From: Symploca sp. SIO2C1
GTDB lineage: Bacteria > Cyanobacteriota > Cyanobacteriia > Cyanobacteriales > Coleofasciculaceae
Direction of reading: 5' to 3'
Length of the DNA stretch: 53,756 nucleotides
Assembly (NCBI GenBank): GCA_010692635.1
Contig: JAAHGL010000014.1
Location: forward strand, 1-53,756
Shown one piece after another: positions 49,869 to 53,756 of the stretch. Position 1 is the first letter of the stretch, and each line of letters begins with the position of its first letter. Below the pieces are notes generated by a model. The model was not told the DNA's origin. It saw nothing but the letters and a program-made list of their open reading frames with translations, and searched no databases. The translations under genes were made by a program, and so were the position numbers.

Positions 49869-50159
49869 TCAATCAACAAAATCAATTTCCTCTATGGATT
49901 CTTTTGTTTGTTGTAAATGTGCTAGCATTCTAGATTCTCCGATCCATTCATCAAAGTAAAAATTATGTTCTAATTCATCATTATTAAAGCGAGTGATTAA
50001 TTCCTCTGTCGATAATTGATATTTAATTTCCAATTGCTGAAGGCGTTCTTCTGTTTTTTTAATCCCTGCTTTAATACTCTGTAGTCTTTCTGACAAAGCA
50101 CTTTCAATAATTCGTCTGAGAAAATTGGCATCTTTTGACCTGAGTTTGAGTTCAGCCAT
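49869..50159 (-). CDS. Hypothetical small coiled-coil protein (96 aa).
   Basis: An ORF only. Predicted helical and acidic. Lies between the hybrid kinase and the MVP gene. Confidence 0.35.
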   Translation of the reverse strand: MAELKLRSKDANFLRRIIESALSERLQSIKAGIKKTEERLQQLEIKYQLSTEELITRFNNDELEHNFYFDEWIGESRMLAHLQQTKESIEEIDFVD

Positions 50160-50285
50160 TATTTTTTATAGTTTTAAATATTCTTGCTATTATATATAAA
50201 AAATGTTATCAAAAATAAGTGCAAATGCAACTAAAAAAGCATTACAGGGTTGTCAGTTACTTAAAAATAAAGCAAAGTGTGGAGT

Positions 50286-52157
50286 TTATCCTTGTACCTT
50301 ATACAGGGGAAAAGTAGGATAACTAGTATTTACTGGAATTTCCACAATGAATTCTGTTCCCTGCCCTTCAACAGAAAAACAACTGAGTTTACCACGGTGT
50401 CTTTCTACCACAATTTGATAGCTGATAGATAATCCTAAACCAGTACCACTTCCCACCGGCTTCGTAGTAAAAAATGGTTCAAAAATTCTGTGGATAACTT
50501 GCTCATTAATTCCTGGACCGTTGTCTGCAATCCGAATCACAACTTTTTCTAATATTTGTGATGTTTGATGAGGCAATTTTATGCCAGTTTTTTTTGTACT
50601 AATCCAAATTTTAGGATTCAACGATTGTTTTTTGTTTGGCTTTATTGACCATTTGCGATTAACCATTAATTCTGACAAGCTATTTTTAGCAAAGGGAGGC
50701 GCTAGAGCATCTATGGCATTACTCAGCAAATTCATAAAAACCTGATTCAACTCGCTGGCGTAACAACTCACTAGAGGAAGTTGACCGTATTCTTTAATTA
50801 CCTCAATAGAGGAATGGTTGCCCACTGCTCGCAATCTATGTTGTAAAATGAGTAAGGTGTTGTCGATGCCTTCATGAATATCTACAGGTTTGAGAGCTGA
50901 TTCACTCTGTCTAGAAAAGTTTTTTAGGGAGGAAACAATCTCTCGAATGCGCTCAGCTCCCACCTGCATGGAATGGATCAATTTTTGCCAATCTGATACC
51001 AGAAAATCCAACTCAATCTCCTCCGTTAACTCCTCAATTTCTGGTGTCGGATTAGGGTAAGTTTGTTGGTAGAACTGAATTAGGTCAATGAGGTCTTGGA
51101 AATATTTACTAGCAGGATCAAGATTGCCATAAATAAAGCTGATTGGGTTATTAATTTCGTGGGCTACACCTGCAACCATTTGTCCGAGACTAGACATTTT
51201 TTCACTTTGAACAAGTTGAGATTGTGTTCGCTTTAATTCATTTAAAGTGAGTTCTAGTTGAGTTGCCTTGTCTCGCTCTCGTGCTTCTGATTGTCGCAGA
51301 GCTTCCTCAACTTGTTTGCGTTGGGTGATATCTTGCGCCACCCCAAAGAATTTCCTTAGTTGTCCCCATTCATTTAAGATAGGTTCTCCCTTTGCCTCAA
51401 TATAACGGATAGAACCATCAGGTCGTACAATCCGAAAGTCTAATTCACAGGACTTGCTCGTTGGTTTAAAAGGACATTCTGTTAAACTAAGCCAGTGAGT
51501 TAGGGTTTGTTCCATCAACTCTCGGTCATCGGGATGAATTAGCTGGAGGTATTCGATATAAGATGGTTCAGGTTGGCTAAAATCAAGACCAAAAATGCAA
51601 AATAGTTCTTCTGACCAAGTAAATTGCTGGGTGAGTAAATCAAATTCCCAGTTGCCAAAATGAGCAACTCTTTGAGCAGCTAGCAGTTTGGCTTCAGAGC
51701 GACGTAATGCTGTCTCCGCTTGCTGGCGATCGCAAATTTCTTGTTGAAGATGTTTTTTTTGCCTCCGAATGGTTAGTTGATGCTCAATACGAGCTAAAAT
51801 CTCTTGTTCATGAAAGGGTTTAGTAATGTAGTCTGCACCACCCACATCAAAAGCTTTGACTTTGTCCAAAACATCATTAAGAACGCTCAGGAATATCACC
51901 GGAATCTCTCGTGTCTGTTCCGAGGCTTTCAATTCTCGACAGACTTCATAGCCATTCATCTGTGGCATCTTAATGTCGAGCAAAATCAACTCTGGTGGAG
52001 TTGAGTGTACTACCTTCAATGCTAGCAAGCCGTTAATTGCCCTCTTTACCTGATATCCGTATTTTGTGAGTATTTTAGATAAAAGGCGTAGGTTTTCTGG
52101 TATATCATCAACAATGAGAATTGTGCCTTTAGTAGCTGACTTTTGATTGCTATTCAT
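50286..52157 (-). CDS. Hybrid response-regulator/histidine kinase (N-terminal REC, coiled coil, PAS, HisKA, HATPase_c).
   Basis: Receiver IVDDIP...LILLDIKMPQMNG...ITKPF. PAS block. H-box VAGVAHEINNPISFIYGNL. N/G boxes NLLSNAIDAL, DNGPGI, GTGLGLSISYQIV. Confidence 0.85.
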   Translation of the reverse strand: MNSNQKSATKGTILIVDDIPENLRLLSKILTKYGYQVKRAINGLLALKVVHSTPPELILLDIKMPQMNGYEVCRELKASEQTREIPVIFLSVLNDVLDKVKAFDVGGADYITKPFHEQEILARIEHQLTIRRQKKHLQQEICDRQQAETALRRSEAKLLAAQRVAHFGNWEFDLLTQQFTWSEELFCIFGLDFSQPEPSYIEYLQLIHPDDRELMEQTLTHWLSLTECPFKPTSKSCELDFRIVRPDGSIRYIEAKGEPILNEWGQLRKFFGVAQDITQRKQVEEALRQSEARERDKATQLELTLNELKRTQSQLVQSEKMSSLGQMVAGVAHEINNPISFIYGNLDPASKYFQDLIDLIQFYQQTYPNPTPEIEELTEEIELDFLVSDWQKLIHSMQVGAERIREIVSSLKNFSRQSESALKPVDIHEGIDNTLLILQHRLRAVGNHSSIEVIKEYGQLPLVSCYASELNQVFMNLLSNAIDALAPPFAKNSLSELMVNRKWSIKPNKKQSLNPKIWISTKKTGIKLPHQTSQILEKVVIRIADNGPGINEQVIHRIFEPFFTTKPVGSGTGLGLSISYQIVVERHRGKLSCFSVEGQGTEFIVEIPVNTSYPTFPLYKVQG

Positions 52158-52524
52158 TGCCCAACTGGTTTTGTTCTATCTGCCACCTTGTTAAAGCGAT
52201 AGTTAAAGATATAGTGGTTTGTTACTTGGTTGAATACGCTTCATATCCTTCTTGTCTTCAAACCAAAATTGTTTACTATAGCCGAATAAAAATTGCTCTA
52301 TAATACACCCCAGGAAGTTCAAGTATCTTGCCTAATATAACTTGTTCATAACTATTGCTTACAGGCATTTTACTTGTTGCAATGCAGAATTTGACCTAAT
52401 ACTGCTCTGGTTTTGTCTTATCAACTAAGAATTGGGTTTCAGGAAATGGTCAACAGAGTGAAATTTCTGTCAAGTAAATGCTGTTTGTTATCCTTCCCGT
52501 ACTGAGTTATATTCACAGCAAAGG

Positions 52525-52557
52525 CAAAAAAAAGCGCCCTCCTTTAAAGGAGGGCGC
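52525..52557 (-). terminator. Intrinsic terminator downstream of psbA copy 2.
   Basis: On the minus strand: agcgccctcctttaaaggagggcgct followed by a T8 run. Confidence 0.65.
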
Positions 52558-52617
52558 TGAAAGTTAGTAAGAATCAAAAGATTGAATTAATACTTGTGTA
52601 TTCAACCTTAGTTACTC

Positions 52618-53700
52618 TTAACCATTGATTACAGGAGCGGTTAGTGCAACTGGAGCTGCTTCACCTGCTGCCAAATCTAAGGGGAAGTTGTGAGCATTAC
52701 GCTCGTGCATTACTTCAAATCCTAAGTTGGCGCGGTTGAGCACATCTGCCCAGGTTCCTACTACTCGTCCTTGTGAATCAATTACACTCTGGTTGAAGTT
52801 GAATCCATTCAGGTTGAACGCCATGGTGCTGATTCCCAATGCTGTGAACCAGATACCGATTACTGGCCATGCACCTAAGAAGAAGTGCAAGGAACGGCTG
52901 TTGTTGAATGAAGCATATTGGAAGATCAAACGACCGAAGTAGCCATGAGCTGCCACGATGTTGTAGGTTTCTTCCTCTTGTCCAAACTTGTAGCCGTAGT
53001 TCTGAGACTCACTCTCTGTAGTTTCACGAACCAAAGAAGAGGTTACCAAAGAACCGTGCATTGCACTGAACAGTGAACCACCGAATACACCTGCTACTCC
53101 CAACATGTGGAAGGGGTGCATTAGGATGTTGTGCTCTGCTTGGAACACGAACATGAAGTTGAAGGTTCCGCTGATACCCAAAGGCATTCCGTCGGAGAAG
53201 CTACCTTGACCGAGAGGGTAGATTAAGAATACGGAGGTAGCTGCGGCTACAGGAGCACTGTAAGCAACACAGATCCAAGGACGCATTCCTAAGCGATAGC
53301 TGAGTTCCCACTGACGACCCATGTAGGAGAAGATACCAACGAGGAAGTGGAAAACAACTAGTTGGTAGGGACCACCGTTGTAGAGCCACTCATCCAAGGA
53401 AGCAGCTTCCCAGATGGGATAGAAGTGCAAGCCAATGGCGTTAGAAGAAGGAACAACAGCACCGGAGATGATGTTGTTGCCATAAAGCAAGGAGCCAGCA
53501 ACAGGCTCACGGATGCCATCAATGTCCACAGGAGGAGCAGCGATGAAGGCAATGATGAAGCAAGTGGTAGCAGTGAGTAAGCAAGGGATCATCAATACAC
53601 CGAACCAGCCGACATAAATGCGGTTGTTGGTGGAGGTGATCCAATTGCAGAACTGCTGCCAAACAGAAGCGCTTTCGCGTTGCTGTAGGGTAGTAGTCAT
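52618..53700 (-). CDS. psbA: Photosystem II D1 protein, copy 2 (Q130).
   Basis: [34 protein letters not shown]... 360 aa. About 95% aa identity to copy 1. MGRQWELS gives Gln130. Confidence 0.95.
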   Translation of the reverse strand: MTTTLQQRESASVWQQFCNWITSTNNRIYVGWFGVLMIPCLLTATTCFIIAFIAAPPVDIDGIREPVAGSLLYGNNIISGAVVPSSNAIGLHFYPIWEAASLDEWLYNGGPYQLVVFHFLVGIFSYMGRQWELSYRLGMRPWICVAYSAPVAAATSVFLIYPLGQGSFSDGMPLGISGTFNFMFVFQAEHNILMHPFHMLGVAGVFGGSLFSAMHGSLVTSSLVRETTESESQNYGYKFGQEEETYNIVAAHGYFGRLIFQYASFNNSRSLHFFLGAWPVIGIWFTALGISTMAFNLNGFNFNQSVIDSQGRVVGTWADVLNRANLGFEVMHERNAHNFPLDLAAGEAAPVALTAPVING

Positions 53701-53756
53701 GTTGGGTATGATAACTTAATGAATTTTCAAGGTGCAGCAGACATTTGTGTGTCTGA

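Overview
This reads as chromosomal sequence from a filamentous, Nostocales-type cyanobacterium. Supporting this are two psbA (D1) copies, minCDE, dxs, ribBA, argC, a type-II NADH dehydrogenase, tRNA-Arg(UCU), heptamer STRR-like arrays (TTGGTCA, TTAGCAA, AATTATC) and several MITE families. The left 28 kb is mostly housekeeping. It also carries a two-component/phosphorelay cluster: an RcaC-like REC-wHTH-HPt-REC-REC regulator, a PAS histidine kinase, a CheY-like gene, and a receiver whose phospho-acceptor Asp is Asn. From about 29 to 50 kb lies a mosaic accessory region. It begins at tRNA-Arg with stacked MITEs. It contains a vanadium-dependent haloperoxidase and a MoxR-AAA/VWA(DUF2201-like) operon that has been pulled apart. 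The gap between the two halves is 6 kb, flanked by 40-bp direct repeats that duplicate the VWA gene's 5' end. The gap holds an LLM oxidoreductase, a VOC protein, a P-loop kinase, a PEP-CTERM protein and an IS66-like remnant. The most striking gene is a full-length (880 aa) homologue of the eukaryotic major vault protein (MVP), bracketed by MITEs. I could not run any searches. All homology calls rest on motifs I recognised by eye, and all coordinates were counted by hand.
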